A DNA stretch of 64,000 nucleotides from Mobula birostris. Lineage: Eukaryota. Shown piece by piece: positions 11,618 through 23,991 of this stretch. Below the pieces are notes generated by a model that was not told the DNA's origin, did no database searches, and saw only the letters and a list, made by a program, of their open reading frames with translations. A program made the position numbers and the translations under genes. The stretch spans positions 27,149,821 to 27,213,820 of the forward strand of contig NC_092379.1 in NCBI RefSeq assembly GCF_030028105.1, in the 5' to 3' direction. Numbering within the stretch: the stretch's first letter is position 1; each line of letters begins with the position of its first letter.

Positions 11618-12473
11618 ATGCTGTCCCAATTTATATATACGTTACTTATTGCAGCAGCGTTCCTGGCGGGTAAGTTTCTAGAGTTTCGAACCTTGTGATT
11701 CGTATGAGTGCAGAGAATGATAATTTATTAGTCAATACCCGGAATCCAATGTTAACAAAAAAGGGGAAATATGTCCCAGTTCTCCTGTAACTGACATTAA
11801 AATGTTTGAGGGGAGATTCCAGGTCAAACACAGTTGAGCCCATTGTTGCCTCCAATGGCGAAATGTAACGCTTTTTATTTTCCTTCTCTCCCCCCCTCCC
11901 CCACCCCGCGGGACATATAATGGAAAACTGTGAACACTGATAGAAGAGTTTTGAAGGATTTTTTCGGTGCTTTTGATCTCTTCTTAAAAAAAAAGATTCA
12001 TTTTTCTATGCAACCATCCCAGAAATCTCTACAGAACGAATATTTCGATTCGACAACCTTCGACCCCCAATTCAGCTCAGTACCAGAGGTCATGGTGCTG
12101 CTAGATAAAGATGGTCTGCGCACAGCAGGATGCTGTTGTTTAATTGAAATATTTTTCGGATTCTTTCAGGCCATTGTCGAGGCGATGCCGTTTTTCAGAC
12201 ACCTACATCCACAGTAACTGAAGGCGGTGAGGCATCGTTGAACTGTAACTATAATACTACAAGCTTTGGCGATTTTTCATTACAATGGTACCGTCAGTAT
12301 CCCGGCGGAACTCTGGAGCACCTGTTGGTCCGGACGAAATACGACGCTAACCCAAAGAAGATCCCAGGACAACGCTTCGCAGCACAACTGGATGATTCGA
12401 GGAAAACGGTCCCACTTACTGTGTCTGAAGCGCAGCTAGGAGACGAGGCTCTGTACTTCTGCGCGCTGAGACC
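11618..12473 (+). CDS. TCR alpha/delta-type V segment V2 (leader 11618-11669, intron 11670-12169, V exon 12170-12473)
   Basis: Leader MLSQFIYTLLIAAAFLAG with G|GTAAGT donor; acceptor tttcAG at 12168-12169. V domain DAVFQTPTSTVTEGGEASLNC...WYRQYPGG...LYFCALR is open. Confidence 0.93.
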
Positions 12474-12514
12474 CACAACGGCACAAACTTAACCTGCGTC
12501 TGTACAAAAAAACT
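12474..12514 (+). other. 23-RSS of V2 (CACAACG - 23 nt - ACAAAAAAA[CT])
   Basis: Heptamer 12474-12480, spacer 12481-12503. The nonamer A-run is two bases longer than in the paralog. Confidence 0.85.
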
Positions 12515-14923
12515 GCTTGATCTCCCTGAAGCCATCTGTGTTTAAACGCGATTTTTTTTGCTACTGCAAGTACTAGCTGATCTCTGTAATTGTGACAATG
12601 GCAATGTATTATATACCAGTATTATTCAATCTTAAATATTCTGGTCCAATCCGATTAAACAGTTTTGTACTGGATCTGCTCTCATGCCCATTCGAAAAGA
12701 TAATTCAAGCGCAGTTATGTACACAGAATCCCTTGTTGTTTCAGCTGTTTCTTGTATTAACTATTATCTGCTGTAGTATGGACGATGCAGGTGGAACGTT
12801 AAATCAGCCTAAATGGTCTAGCAATTATGACAGGAAATGCATCGACTTCGAATAGGTGAACAGATGATTGCTTGTTTGTTTGTTGTTGTTGTTTTTTTTT
12901 TTACAAACAGTAAACTTTTGAACAAACATTCCTGTTCCCCGTTACGGACACTAAACAGTAAAAAAAAAGAAAGAAAACAACGAACATTCAAAATATGCAC
13001 TTCCTTAAAATCGCCCGCCGAGTATACCTTTGTTCGACACGGTGGATTTAACATATGGAATAAAACGTTGAACTTGAGTGGGTCGTAGACAGTGTAAGCA
13101 CACAGGCTAGCTACTAGACTGGAGATAATTTCCAGATAAGAAGTTTTTTTCTGAGATGTTCTTTGATATAATTTAATAGGCGGGTGTGTCAATGTTAGTA
13201 TGGGTGCCTGTTTTAAGTGATTCGAAGTGGTTACTGATGATAACGTAGAGTAATAAATTATCGACTGCCACTTGCTGGATGCTGGCCTGTAACAGAGCCA
13301 GTAAAAAGGTGCTAAAGGTCAATCAGATAACTTAGAAACAAATGCAGTGGAACGCATTATTTGAATTGGTAAGGAACGAGTATATAAGTGGACACGTTGA
13401 TGTTCTCTATCCACTCTGCCCACCATCGTAAGGAAGAAACCCCATGCCAGAAGATGGACAAGAAAGGATCGATCAACTGGTCAACGGCGATCACCAATTT
13501 CGGTGTTATAATTTGCAAAGGTTTAATGAATGAGTATTTATGCAATAGGACTCGTAGGATTCATGCTCTAAGCTGTTTTTTCCCGAGTCAACACAGCTTC
13601 ATTGTTATGTGTGCAGGCGCAATAAAGTGCGAGGTTCGATTATTCACGAGTTGCGTTGTGATTTTCCCCACCTATCCGCTGACGAACTGTGAACACCTCC
13701 CCAAGCATATGTGCGACTTTGACTTAATCAAAGGAAGGGGAGAGCATGGCACTTGCAAATGCTATGTTACATACCCAAAGTATAAGAGACAGGATATCAC
13801 CGAAATGTTCAATAAGCAATGCAGCTGCACCTTCTAAGTTAACTACTCCGAAGGGCAGCGCCTTTCACAATTAGAATACGGCACGGCCACACAGGACAGC
13901 AGTACATCAACACTTACTGTGGGAGGGACATTTTATCGTGTATATGTTGTTGTGTGGATATCTCCCATTTTTCCAATCTTTATTATCGATTAAAAGTTAT
14001 TTAATATCCCGAGTTTTAGTTTATTTGCTATTTGTGTACGTTTATTTCATTCTGATCTAAATATCATCGAGCTTATATTGGGAATCTGGAAATTAATATT
14101 CCAGGAGTATGAGTCCGCTCTCAGTAGTGAAAAGTATCTAAATACACAGGTATCGGAATATTACCGATTTTAACTCGCAGTTAACTGCATCAACCCAGTA
14201 TGAAGATAAGGGTATTTTGAAAGCACAGCATAGTTTTGAATAAAACGGACCAACTGAAAGCTCATGCTTAGGGAATTAATTGTGTGACTCCACACACGGC
14301 TTGTATATAAAACGATGTGTTTTAGATATATGATTCTGAGTAACTGACGGTGAAATACATCTGACTGGGTATGAGTTCGCAGCATCAAATTTCGAAGGTG
14401 GCTAAATTCAGATTAATAATTAAAGTGGCTTCCTATATTAGCAGAAGATATAATGTAGTGGAATACACGTTGTAAACAGAATTGGGCAGACGTATTACAA
14501 GCACAAGCGGAAAGTCCTGCAACATAGGAGTGAATCAATACAATAATTAGACACCTGCTGATTAAGGAACGATCATTACGCCGCAGCCCCCTGGCTTCTG
14601 AGCGTAAATTGAAAACTTCACTCACCTTAGTCCTGCGCTGTCTGCACAGTCGACAGACTCGCCTTCATGATAACTCGTGCTCCAAGAATTTCCTTTTTAT
14701 TATTTGCCGATCCTATAATCCTTTATTTGTTCATCCTATACTTCTTTCCCTGTAATTTCGTATATTGCAATTAGTATATTTCTTTTTTTTTTTGTACTGG
14801 CTGCCATTCAATATATATAAAGGTAGTAAATGATGACCTATCCGTACTTTGATATCAAATATACTTCTAACATAACAGTTGGAACAACTAGGAGCATGCC
14901 GAACACTTACTCAGTACGATATA

Positions 14924-16580
14924 CCATGGCACGCAAAAGTTTGGGCACCCCGGTCAAAATTTTGGTTACTGTGAACAGCTAACCGAGCAAAAGATGCCCT
15001 GATTTCCAAAAGGCATAAAGGTAATGATCGCCCATTTCTGTAATATTTTAAGCAAGATTACTTTTTATTTTCCATTGTTAAAATAACAGTTTTCCAAAAA
15101 CAATAATAATATTTACAGTTTCCAAACACCAGAAAAGGAAGAGGGCGCAAAGCAAACGTTTGGGAACTCTGCATGGTCAGTACTTAGTAACACCCACTTT
15201 CGCAATATCACAGCTTGCAAACGTTAATTGTAGCCTGCTAAGTGTATTTCAATTCGTATTTAGGGAGTTTCCGCCCATTGTAAAAGTCCTATAGTTATGT
15301 GAGATTTTTGGGCCATCTTGCGCGCACTGTTCTTTTGAGATCTATCCACAGATATTCGATTATGTTTAGGTCGGGGGACTGTGAAGGCCATGGCAGGACC
15401 TTCAGTTTGCGCCTCTTCAGGTAGTCCATTGTGGATTTTTTGGTGTGTGTACGGTCATTACGCTGTTGTAGAAGCCATCCTCATTTCAGCTTCAGCTTTT
15501 TTTTTACAGATTGTGTGATGCTTGCTTTCAGAATTATCTGGTATTGAATTGAATTCATTCTTCACTACCAGTGAAATGTTCCCCGTGTCACTGGCTGTAA
15601 CACGAGCCCAAAGCATGATCAATCCACCCCCGTGCTTAACAGATGGAGAGATGTTATTTTTTTTTATGAAATGCTGAACCTTTTTTTTTTCTCCAAAGAT
15701 ATTTGTGCTCATTACGGCCAAATAGTTCTACTTCAACTTCATCAGTCCACAGAACTTATTTCCAAAATGTTATCGGTTTGTTTAGATGTTTCTTTGCAAA
15801 CTTCTGATGCTGAATTTTCTGGTGGGGAGGCAGGAAAGGTTTTTTTCTGATCACTCTTCCATGAAGGTCATATCTGTTCAGGTGCCGCTGCACAGTAGAA
15901 GTGTGCACCACCACCTCAGAGTCTGCTAAATCTTCCTGAAGGCCCTTTGTAGTCAAACGGTAGTTTTGATTTGCCTTTCTAGCAATCCTACGAGCAATTC
16001 GCCTAGGGAAAAAAAAATAATCTCGGACTTCAAGACCTCAACTTGACCTCTACCGTTCTCTTAACTGCAATTTCTTAATTACATTACGAACTGAGGAAAC
16101 GTTTACCTGAGAACGCTTTGTTATCTTCATACAGCCTTCTCCTGCTTTGTGGGCATCAATTATTTTAATTTTCAGAGTGCTAGGCAGCTGCGTAGAGTAG
16201 CCCATGACTGCTGATTGTTGGGACAAGGTTTGAGGAGTCATCATTTTATAAAGCTTTGACATTTGCATTGCTTTGCCTTTTCTAACGATGATTGTGAACA
16301 AGCCACTGCCCTAACATGCTAATTAAGGCCTGAGACCTTGATAAAAGTTATCTGAGAGCTCAAGTCTCTTAGGGTGCCCAAAGGTTTGCATGGTGTTCCT
16401 TTCCTTCTTTTCTCTATCTCCAAAATTGTAAAAAGCAAAAATAATACTTGTTTAAAATGTTGAAAAAAATTTTGTATCTTTAACTTTATGACTTTTTGAA
16501 ATTACTTCATCTTCTGCTCACTTAACTATTCACAGTAGCATACATTTTGACCGGGGTGCCGAAACTTTTGCATACCACTG
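14924..16580 (-). mobile_element. Near full-length decayed Tc1/mariner DNA transposon
   Basis: TA flanks (14922-23, 16581-82). Long imperfect TIRs (gcaaaagtttgggcaccccggtcaaaat / attttgaccggggtgccgaaacttttgca). Minus-strand transposase pieces from the ATG at 16205 (MGYSTQLPSTLKIKIIDAHKAGEG; TVQRHL...GRVIRKKPFL; VKHGGGLIMLW). About 1.66 kb. Confidence 0.93.
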
Positions 16581-16989
16581 TATCTCAGAATTTTACTTTC
16601 TAACTGCCGTCAAAATCAGGAAGCCTTGAAACTACGAATGTGAAATAGTTGCCGGATTTGGGATCAGCGATATCAAACGGAGAGGTCGTGGTATCTGTTG
16701 CTTTCAAAGAGGGTCGAAACTTGGCAATCATCAATCTTGTAATTTTCGGAAACGTAGTTGAATGGAAGCGACCAAGGTAAATTGATGGACCTTTGAATGG
16801 TCAGTGAAGGAATGAACATGAAGAAGTGCACATAACTGAAGATCTGTCGTATGGTAAAGAAAAAGAAACATAAAAAGCAAACAATAAAAAAGCGCCAACG
16901 AATTCAGATGAAAGTGCACACAATAAGCACGAGAAATCTTGACCAATACACGGAATGTAATAGATAATTTAATATGACAGGGAGGATCT

Positions 16990-17460
16990 CAGGAAGGGAA
17001 GGAATTTCGACATTCCGGATCGAAAGGCTTCAACAAGTCTGTAAAGAGGAGACGTAAAATGGCATAAGCAGTTTGGTAGTGGAGCGGACTGCACAGCTGC
17101 AGTTGATAGATTTGAAAAGGTGAGGGAACGTTTTTTTCTGTATGGGTGACATCAATATTTGTGAAGCTGGAAAGGGAACAGTCACTGGGGTGAAGATGAA
17201 AGGGTATGACTGGAGAGAGCAGTAGAGTGAATAAGAGAGTCGGGAACCATATGCTTGTGACAGATAGTTCAAGTTTTGTAGAAGGGAAGACAAGTGGTGA
17301 GAGGACCATCAGGTTGCAGAAAGAATAGAGCTGACGGTGGCAATGTGACGCGGTCACCAGTAGAAATGGATGATTACAGCTGTCTCCAAAGTGATCCATC
17401 AATCATGTTCCGATCGCCTGATGAGGATCAGAAATTAACAAAGTTATGGGATATTACAGA
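16990..17460. mobile_element. Possible decayed Penelope-like remnant
   Basis: ttcgacattccggatcgaaaggcttc resembles the cleaner motif at 17805-17830; purine-rich tract. Weak. Confidence 0.3.
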
Positions 17461-17707
17461 CTTCTAAAAACGAAACTAATAACTTAAAAAAGAATATGCG
17501 CGACTGTGAAGGTGCCACTACAAAACATCTGTGCGAAATAAGGCAGGTCATCAATGCAGCAGTCTAAAGTCAGGTAGATTCAGGTAATCCGTACCATCGC
17601 TTAGGGAAGTGGAGTTATGGTTTAACACGTTGCATCGGTCCCTGAAAGGGCGTCATTAAAGTGTGACTTGCTGACTGGTGATGTAACTATTCCCAGAATG
17701 CCATCAC

Positions 17708-17833
17708 GAGGAAATCTGCAGACGCTGCAATTTCATGCAACAAATATAAAAGTTGCTGGTGAACGCAACAGGCCAGGTAGCATCTCTAGGAAGAGGTACA
17801 GTCGATGTTTCGGGCTGAGACCCTTCGTCAGAA
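17708..17833. mobile_element. Penelope-like terminal-repeat fragment
   Basis: gaggaaatctgcagacgctg...gtcgatgtttcgggctgagacccttcgtcag, recognised as a common fish/chondrichthyan Penelope end motif. Confidence 0.55.
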
Positions 17834-20272
17834 TGCTATGACTGTTTTATTCAGGGTGGGGGGCAGAGGGTTTGTCAGAAAGACTTTGGCACTACTCCGC
17901 GCCCTGTTCCCTCAGAGAACAGACATAATAAATGTTGGTCCTCAGTGGAGATGATGTCTGTACAATGTTTGCCATCAGTCCCATTTAGCATTGTGTTGAA
18001 TCGGAGTTTAATTGTTTTTCATTCGCCACTTAAAACTGTCCTTCAAATGAAAATGAATAGTATGAATAGATAAACGAGAACTGAGTTGTTTATCTACACG
18101 CGCCGTGTTAAAATAGGGGAAAATGAAACTATTGTCTTCTATTTGCTATTCATTATCAGCAATATTGTCAATACATCGATATTTTTCCAGCGCATGCTGA
18201 TGAGCAGAAGAGTTTCATTGTTGATGTTTCTTTTTTATGTTCTACAGGTCTGGAGACGTGAATCGTTTTAGCTACTCTGGAGTACAATGAAATCTCAGCA
18301 TTGATGATTAATTAGTGATTTGTCTTCTCGAGGATCCTTTCAGATCACTTTCCTTCATTGAAAATCCTTTTCGATTAATCACTGCACCTCGTAGGTTTAA
18401 CTCCAGATGACTCATAATTTACAATCCCAATCAACTTTCTAAACGATACAACTTTGTACTCTGGGTTGGACGCAGAAGCGTCCGCAGAATGCCAACGCAT
18501 TCCATGGGGAACACCTGGTGATAATTTGCAGTTGACCTCAGAAATAAACTCCGTAGCCTGACGCCCCGAGCTGTAAAACCGTTGTGCAAAAACAATGTTG
18601 TTGTGGGCGTCTTAACAATGGAGACTCAGATCGTAACGGCACAGATACAAGGGCAGTAGGGCCATATGAACGGTACCAAACTTTTAAACTTACCGGTCAA
18701 TCGATATATATCTGGTCCATGTATTTATGCAGACTTCTATAAAACGCTAAAATAGAGACCTCTTTGTGAAGATATCGCATATTTCTGGAAATACAGCAAT
18801 GCCCCAGCGGGATAGACAATGACGTTATGCATTATTGCCTGATAATCTAATACAAGATAGAAAATAGGTTAATGTGGCGCAAGTATCTACTCCCCTCTTG
18901 TGACTTCATTCCAATGCAGTAGTTGTGGGAAGCATGAGGTTCTTTTGGATTTGATACGGATAACAAACTCAACCGACCCTCATGCGTTCTATACTGTATT
19001 TGGCGATCACAAAACAAAAAAAAGAATGCTTTTATCATCTGTTGCTTTAGGCATGAGATATCTGAAGACGTTGTTTTATTTGCCACTCTGTTCATCTTAC
19101 CCGGCAACTGAAGACCGGTAATTCGCAATCCACAATAAGACATGCGTATATTTGCCTGCCGTCAAGTCCATGGTCTCAACAAGCACAATCACATAAGTAC
19201 CAGTATATTCAGTCTGCTCTTCCAGGATTGGCATGAGCACTGAAACCTCTGTTCCGCCGGGTAACAAGACGATAAGGGAGAACCATGAACTCGTATTATT
19301 TCACAGTTCGCGATATTCCTGTCACGTCCTCGACATGTCAGCGGCTCTGTACGTCTTTGAGATATTTCCTAAGCAGACTGAGCAGGGAAGTGGGAAACCA
19401 GTTGGAACATTGATCACTTTATTGTAGATAAATGCTGGAAAAAAAAAAAAAACAATAGAGAACTAATGAGAGCAGGTCATATTTTTAAACTGACGGGGCA
19501 CAGACTACGCAAGATTCTCATTGTTCTTTTGTTCTGAGTTATGAGTTTTGACGTAGCTCAAGACAGTTCGCTTTCATTCTAGAAACCAAATTGCAGCAGT
19601 TGCATTTTCAGAGCCACACGAATGAAGCAATAATCAAATATTGCGCCTTGTTTTCCCTTCAGTCCAATAAGGAGGTGTACACCTTATCATTGGTCCAACA
19701 ACTTACTTATACGGCATTGCAAACCAAGCATGGGAATATCTGTTGAAAATACAGGTTAGTCTTAACTATAGAATCACAAAATATTGCATATGCATTAGTC
19801 TGTTCTATCTATTGAGGCAAGTTCGCACCCACCAATGAGATACACTTTTTATTTTTGCATAACAATATTGCGATACATGCCATCAGATTAGCAATGAAAC
19901 ATTCTCAAACAATGTCAAAATTTCCTCAGCTCCCTTTGCTATGCAAAAGGACAAAGTGGGAATGATGTTTTGGCATGTTGTTAGATAATATGAGCGACAG
20001 CTTACTGTTCATTGTTAACCATTGCTTGAAACAGTACATTGAACGCACGCCGATCTAAACTTTCAGTTTTGTTTTGCTTTTCCAGCTGGTATCCATCGGG
20101 ATTACGCCCTCTGATCAAGCACCTTTCCACAAAGTTTTGTCACTTACTCGTTCAGATCACTGCACCCGTTACACTCATACAGTCAGGTTCGTTGCATCTC
20201 GTTGAATTCTTTGCTGTCATTGATGCCTACGTGTGTCGCTTCCCGACATCAAGTGGCATTAAAGAAGGTATT

Positions 20273-21385
20273 TGTCATGGTCCGGTCCGTAAAGTCTGCG
20301 TTCCGGTTCACGGTCAGGTCCGTGGACACGGGACTCCAGGTCTTCCGGCTGTCCCTTGCTTCAGCTGGGCTTAATCATAGGTACACGATGCTCGACTTGG
20401 GGCTTGGAATATACGTGGCTCTGGGTTCGAGTGTGTTTGCTGATTCATCTCGACAGTATCCCGTCCTCGCTTCTGTAGGGTAAGTCAGGCCGTCTTTATC
20501 GTTACCCTGCGATTGGATCTCTTCCCTCCTGTCATTGCCTCCGTTGTGTAAGCCAGGTACTCTTTGCCGTTACCCTGAAGCTGGACTGTTCTCTTCCCTC
20601 CCCCTGCCTTCTGAAGCCTTTCCTGCAACCTATGTCTGGAGCCCTGCCTGCAACCTTTGTCCGGTGCTCTGCCTGCAACCTGCGTTTGGAGCCCTGCCTG
20701 CAACCCGTATCTGGAGCCCTGCCAGCAATCTGGTCAAGTCAACCACCGGAACGAGAACGGAGCCTTGTTCTATCAAGAAAAGGAACTAACTGTCTGACCG
20801 TCTGCCTAGTTTTCGGAACTGTTTCTGTGTCCACGCCTTCGCTACGTAGTTCATGGGGTTTGCCGCTACCGTGTGTGGGGAACCATCTCGTCGTGTTCTG
20901 CATTCTGTGTAGACCTCCGGCCTCATGTCCTCTTCCCAAGATAGCTTCCCGGCTCTGTGTTCCATGTACCTGTGTTTCTTTCTCTCAAGTTCAAGGCTCC
21001 GTGCCGCCATGCTCAAGACCAAGGCTCTGTTTTCTGCGTTCCTGTCGTCCCAAGTCCAAGGTTCCTAGCTTGCTGTCTTCCCAAGTCCAAGGCTCGGCTG
21101 TTCCTGAGTACCAAGTTAAGGCCTTATGTTTTCGTCTTGTCCATTTGCCTTGTCCTGTCCATGTGTCTTGTCCTGTCCTGGAGTCCCCTCGTCCTGCCCA
21201 GGTGTCTCTCGTACTGTCCTGTAGCCTCGCCTAGTCCTGTCTCCCACGACCACATCATCCCTTCGCCTAGTTCCGGAGTCCGATCACTAGTCAAGAACCA
21301 GGTTATTGGTCCTTGTCCTGTCTTTGGCTCGGAGTCCGAACCCAAGCCTCGTCATGTCCTCGCCTGGAAGATCCCAAGCCATGAC
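20273..21385 (+). mobile_element. Solo-LTR-like element, same family as 1725-2545, opposite orientation
   Basis: Starts tgtcatggtccggtccgtaaagtc, the reverse complement of the 2520-2545 end. Internal degenerate repeats gagccctgcctgcaacc (20625-20730). Right boundary approximate. Confidence 0.6.
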
Positions 21386-21502
21386 GAAACCAAACCATGA
21401 GGAACCCCAGCCATGAAACAAACAAAAAAAAAAAAAAAAACAAGCTATGTCCACTTCTATAGCTACATCATGTCCTCGCCTAGTTCCGGTGTCCGAGCTC
21501 GA

Positions 21503-21780
21503 ATCTGGCAAGGATTTTGAACAGGCTGTCTCTGCTCACAAGGTCGAAAGCCTTCGTAAGGCGAATGAAAGCGACGTAGAATGGTTGTCTTTGCTCTCTG
21601 CACTTCTCTTGTAGCTGTCGAAGGGAGAAGATCATGTCGATTATAGAGCGTCTGACCTGAAACCGCACTGAGTGTCGGGATATACCCTTTCGGCTGTTTT
21701 CTGCAGTCTGTTCAGGACCACGCGGTGAAGACCATCCCAAGGATGCTCAGCAAGGAGATTCCCTTGGAGTCGTTACAGTC
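21503..21780 (-). mobile_element. RTE-clade LINE RT fragment
   Basis: ORF 21480-21740 contains IFSLRQLQEKCREQRQPFYVAFIRLTKAFDLVSR, an RTE/BovB-type RT motif. Confidence 0.85.
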
Positions 21781-22486
21781 GCTTCTGTCTCCTTTGTTCT
21801 TAAATAGAGTGAAAATGGCGCAGTCTCTTATGTCTTGCGGCACTGCTCCCTCTATTCAGCACTGGCACAGTAGTTCGTGCAGGTGAAATGTAGATAACGG
21901 CAGATAACACAGTGAGGACCTATGTTTATTAACGATATCTATGAAATGTAGATTTGGTTTGCTTCTAGACTACTACAATTTATTTACTTTGCCCATTTAG
22001 AAACTAATATGAAGACGTATAGGAACTGTTTTTATGGGTCGTTTTTCTGAGGTCCTGCATATCTGCCGCAGTGTGGGTCCTATGACAGATCTATATGGCG
22101 GTTTCCTGCACGTGGTCCGGTTATGCCTACATTGCAAATAGGTACTGATTAGTGTGGGTAGATCATAGCTATGGTAGGATGTCAGAGGAACATTGATGGG
22201 TCTGGCAGGTATCTCAAGTTAATTTTCGCTGATTTGTTTTGACTCAAGCGATGCAATTCCATGCATATTTGAGTACATCAATGTATATTGACAAATAATA
22301 TAATGTTTATGCATGTGTGTATTTACTTATCAACTAACGGTGCGTCTGCCTATCCAACTGCCTTTCATATTTGATCATCTTGTTCAGGTGGAAGATAGCT
22401 GCACTAATCAGCGCGAATAGCCAATTGAGAGAAAAACTCCTCAAAGTTATGACAATTATCGACGCAAGATAGCATCTCCCTCCATC

Positions 22487-22488
<2 letters not shown>

Positions 22489-22535
<47 letters not shown>
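22489..22535. repeat. (CT)n microsatellite
   Basis: Direct observation. Confidence 0.95.
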
Positions 22536-22539
<4 letters not shown>

Positions 22540-22901
22540 CCCCTCACTCTCTCACACAGCTATCCCTAATTCGTCTCTTTTAGTCTCTCTCAATCTTCTC
22601 AATAAAGCCTTTTCTCTTAAGTACCCAGTTAACCAGTCTACTCGTGCCCCTCGGTTAATAGCAGGTTCTCGAGGTACATATTTATAAGACTGTGACGCTC
22701 TTTCCTTGAGTAACATGGACCCTGTCACCTCTGAGGAAATAGGTGGAGCATGTATCAAGAGGCCACGTTCCCATTGAGTGTTTTCTATTTCCTGTCCATT
22801 ATTTCAAATGCACCACTAAACAGAGAACCAGAACCTTCTGAAGCTTGTCGACAACTTGTTGAGGAGAAAATTACTCAATCTATCCTTTATAAAAAAAAAA
22901 G

Positions 22902-23360
22902 ATGTGGAGGACCGTCTTCTGGATTCTGTGTGGAGCCTGGTTAAGTGGTTTGTGAGCAGCAGCAAATTTATGAGCATTCTGGAAACTGGAGTCTGATTAA
23001 AAAAAAAACGTTAACATAACATTTCATTTTTTGTCATTATTTTTCAGATACGGGTCATGGAAACTCTGTCACTCAGCAGTGCCACTAGCAGTGAAGACAA
23101 GCGAAGGGGCTGTGACGTTGAGCTGCACCTATGATACTACAGTGATAAACTATTTTTTATATTGGTACCGGCAAAGACCAGAGCAAAGTCTCGAGTACAT
23201 ACTGTACAAGCATTCTGGTGGGGATCTGAAGATAAAGCCGATCTTGCGAAAAAAACGCTTCATGGTCTATCTGAAAGAGGCAAAAAAAAAAAATCATTCA
23301 TGTCACCATCTCTGATCTGCAAATAAGCAACTCTGCAGTTTATTACTGCGCCCTAAGCCG
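22902..23360 (+). pseudogene. TCR alpha/delta-type V pseudogene of a different family (leader 22902-22947, 100-nt intron, V exon from 23048)
   Basis: Leader MWRTVFWILCGAWLSG|GT. Exon reads DTGHGNSVTQ / VPLAVKTSEGAVTLSC...YFLYWYRQRPEQSLEYIL...RF / HVTISDLQISNSAVYYCALSR, with frameshifts near 23077 and 23282-23300. Confidence 0.88.
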
Positions 23361-23401
23361 CACAGTGAGATGTATTTTAGTTAAACGCTAGCACAAAAAA
23401 T
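23361..23401 (+). other. Defective RSS of the pseudogene (CACAGTG - 25 nt - ACAAAAAAT)
   Basis: Canonical heptamer 23361-23367; the best nonamer starts at 23393. Confidence 0.75.
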
Positions 23402-23523
23402 CACTTACTTTAGAACTCATGCTTTGGGCGCTGCAGCTGGATATATTTGCGCCACCAAGAGTACCTGTTCACGTGCCCCATGCATTTGTCTGAGAAGATT
23501 GATCTATGGTACAACCACACCAC

Positions 23524-23527
<4 letters not shown>

Positions 23528-23583
<56 letters not shown>

Positions 23584-23598
23584 TGTGTGTGTGTGTGT
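23528..23598. repeat. (TG)n microsatellite
   Basis: Direct observation. Confidence 0.95.
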
Positions 23599-23921
23599 CT
23601 GATAGAGGAATACTGTGCACATGCGTATACTTCTTTGGGAATGTATGGAAATAGAGAGAAGTCTGATGGACGTTTTCATTCTGCTGAACTTTCGGTGCAC
23701 AAATGAGTGACAGTCTGGGTCTGTTGATCTCCCTCCCTCTTCCATTGTGTCTGTTGATCTATCTGTCTCTCACTCTCTTTTTCTCTCTCTCTCTCTCCCC
23801 CACCCCCGACATTCTAACTTTCTCCTCTCCCTCTACCAACCAATTAATCGCTATCTCGCTTCAGCATCTTCACTATTTTCAGCCGACAATCTCACGTAAC
23901 TTTCGTCCAAATACTGACTGA

Positions 23922-23991
23922 CTCTCTCTCTCTTCTCTCTCTCTCTCTCTCTCCCTCTCTCTCTCTCTCTGTCTCCCTCTCTCTCTCTCTC
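23922..23991. repeat. (CT)n-rich microsatellite
   Basis: Direct observation. Confidence 0.9.

Larger units (their letters stand above)
1..15430 (+). repeat. Segmental duplication copy A (two-V TCR cassette; left end lies outside the window)
   Basis: Position 1 (atggctgtcttgcagaaagaacag) matches 40623 onward. Colinear through V1, V2 and the left part of the Tc1 element; roughly 90% identity by eye. Confidence 0.95.

Noticed and set aside
13388-13837. 149-aa ORF
   Set aside because: No recognisable domain. Its start is deleted and its frame is not preserved in copy B.
18240-18595. Acceptor-like site and GCAAAAACA nonamer-like motif
   Set aside because: No heptamer at the correct spacing and no V motifs.
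20632-21400. Long Cys/Pro/Leu-rich ORFs (200 and 147 aa)
   Set aside because: Products of low-complexity LTR repeats.
22040-22130. Reverse-strand RSS-like motif (CACACTG...AGAAAAACG) after TAI*IC
   Set aside because: The spacer is 20 nt, and no WYRQ or other V framework lies upstream.
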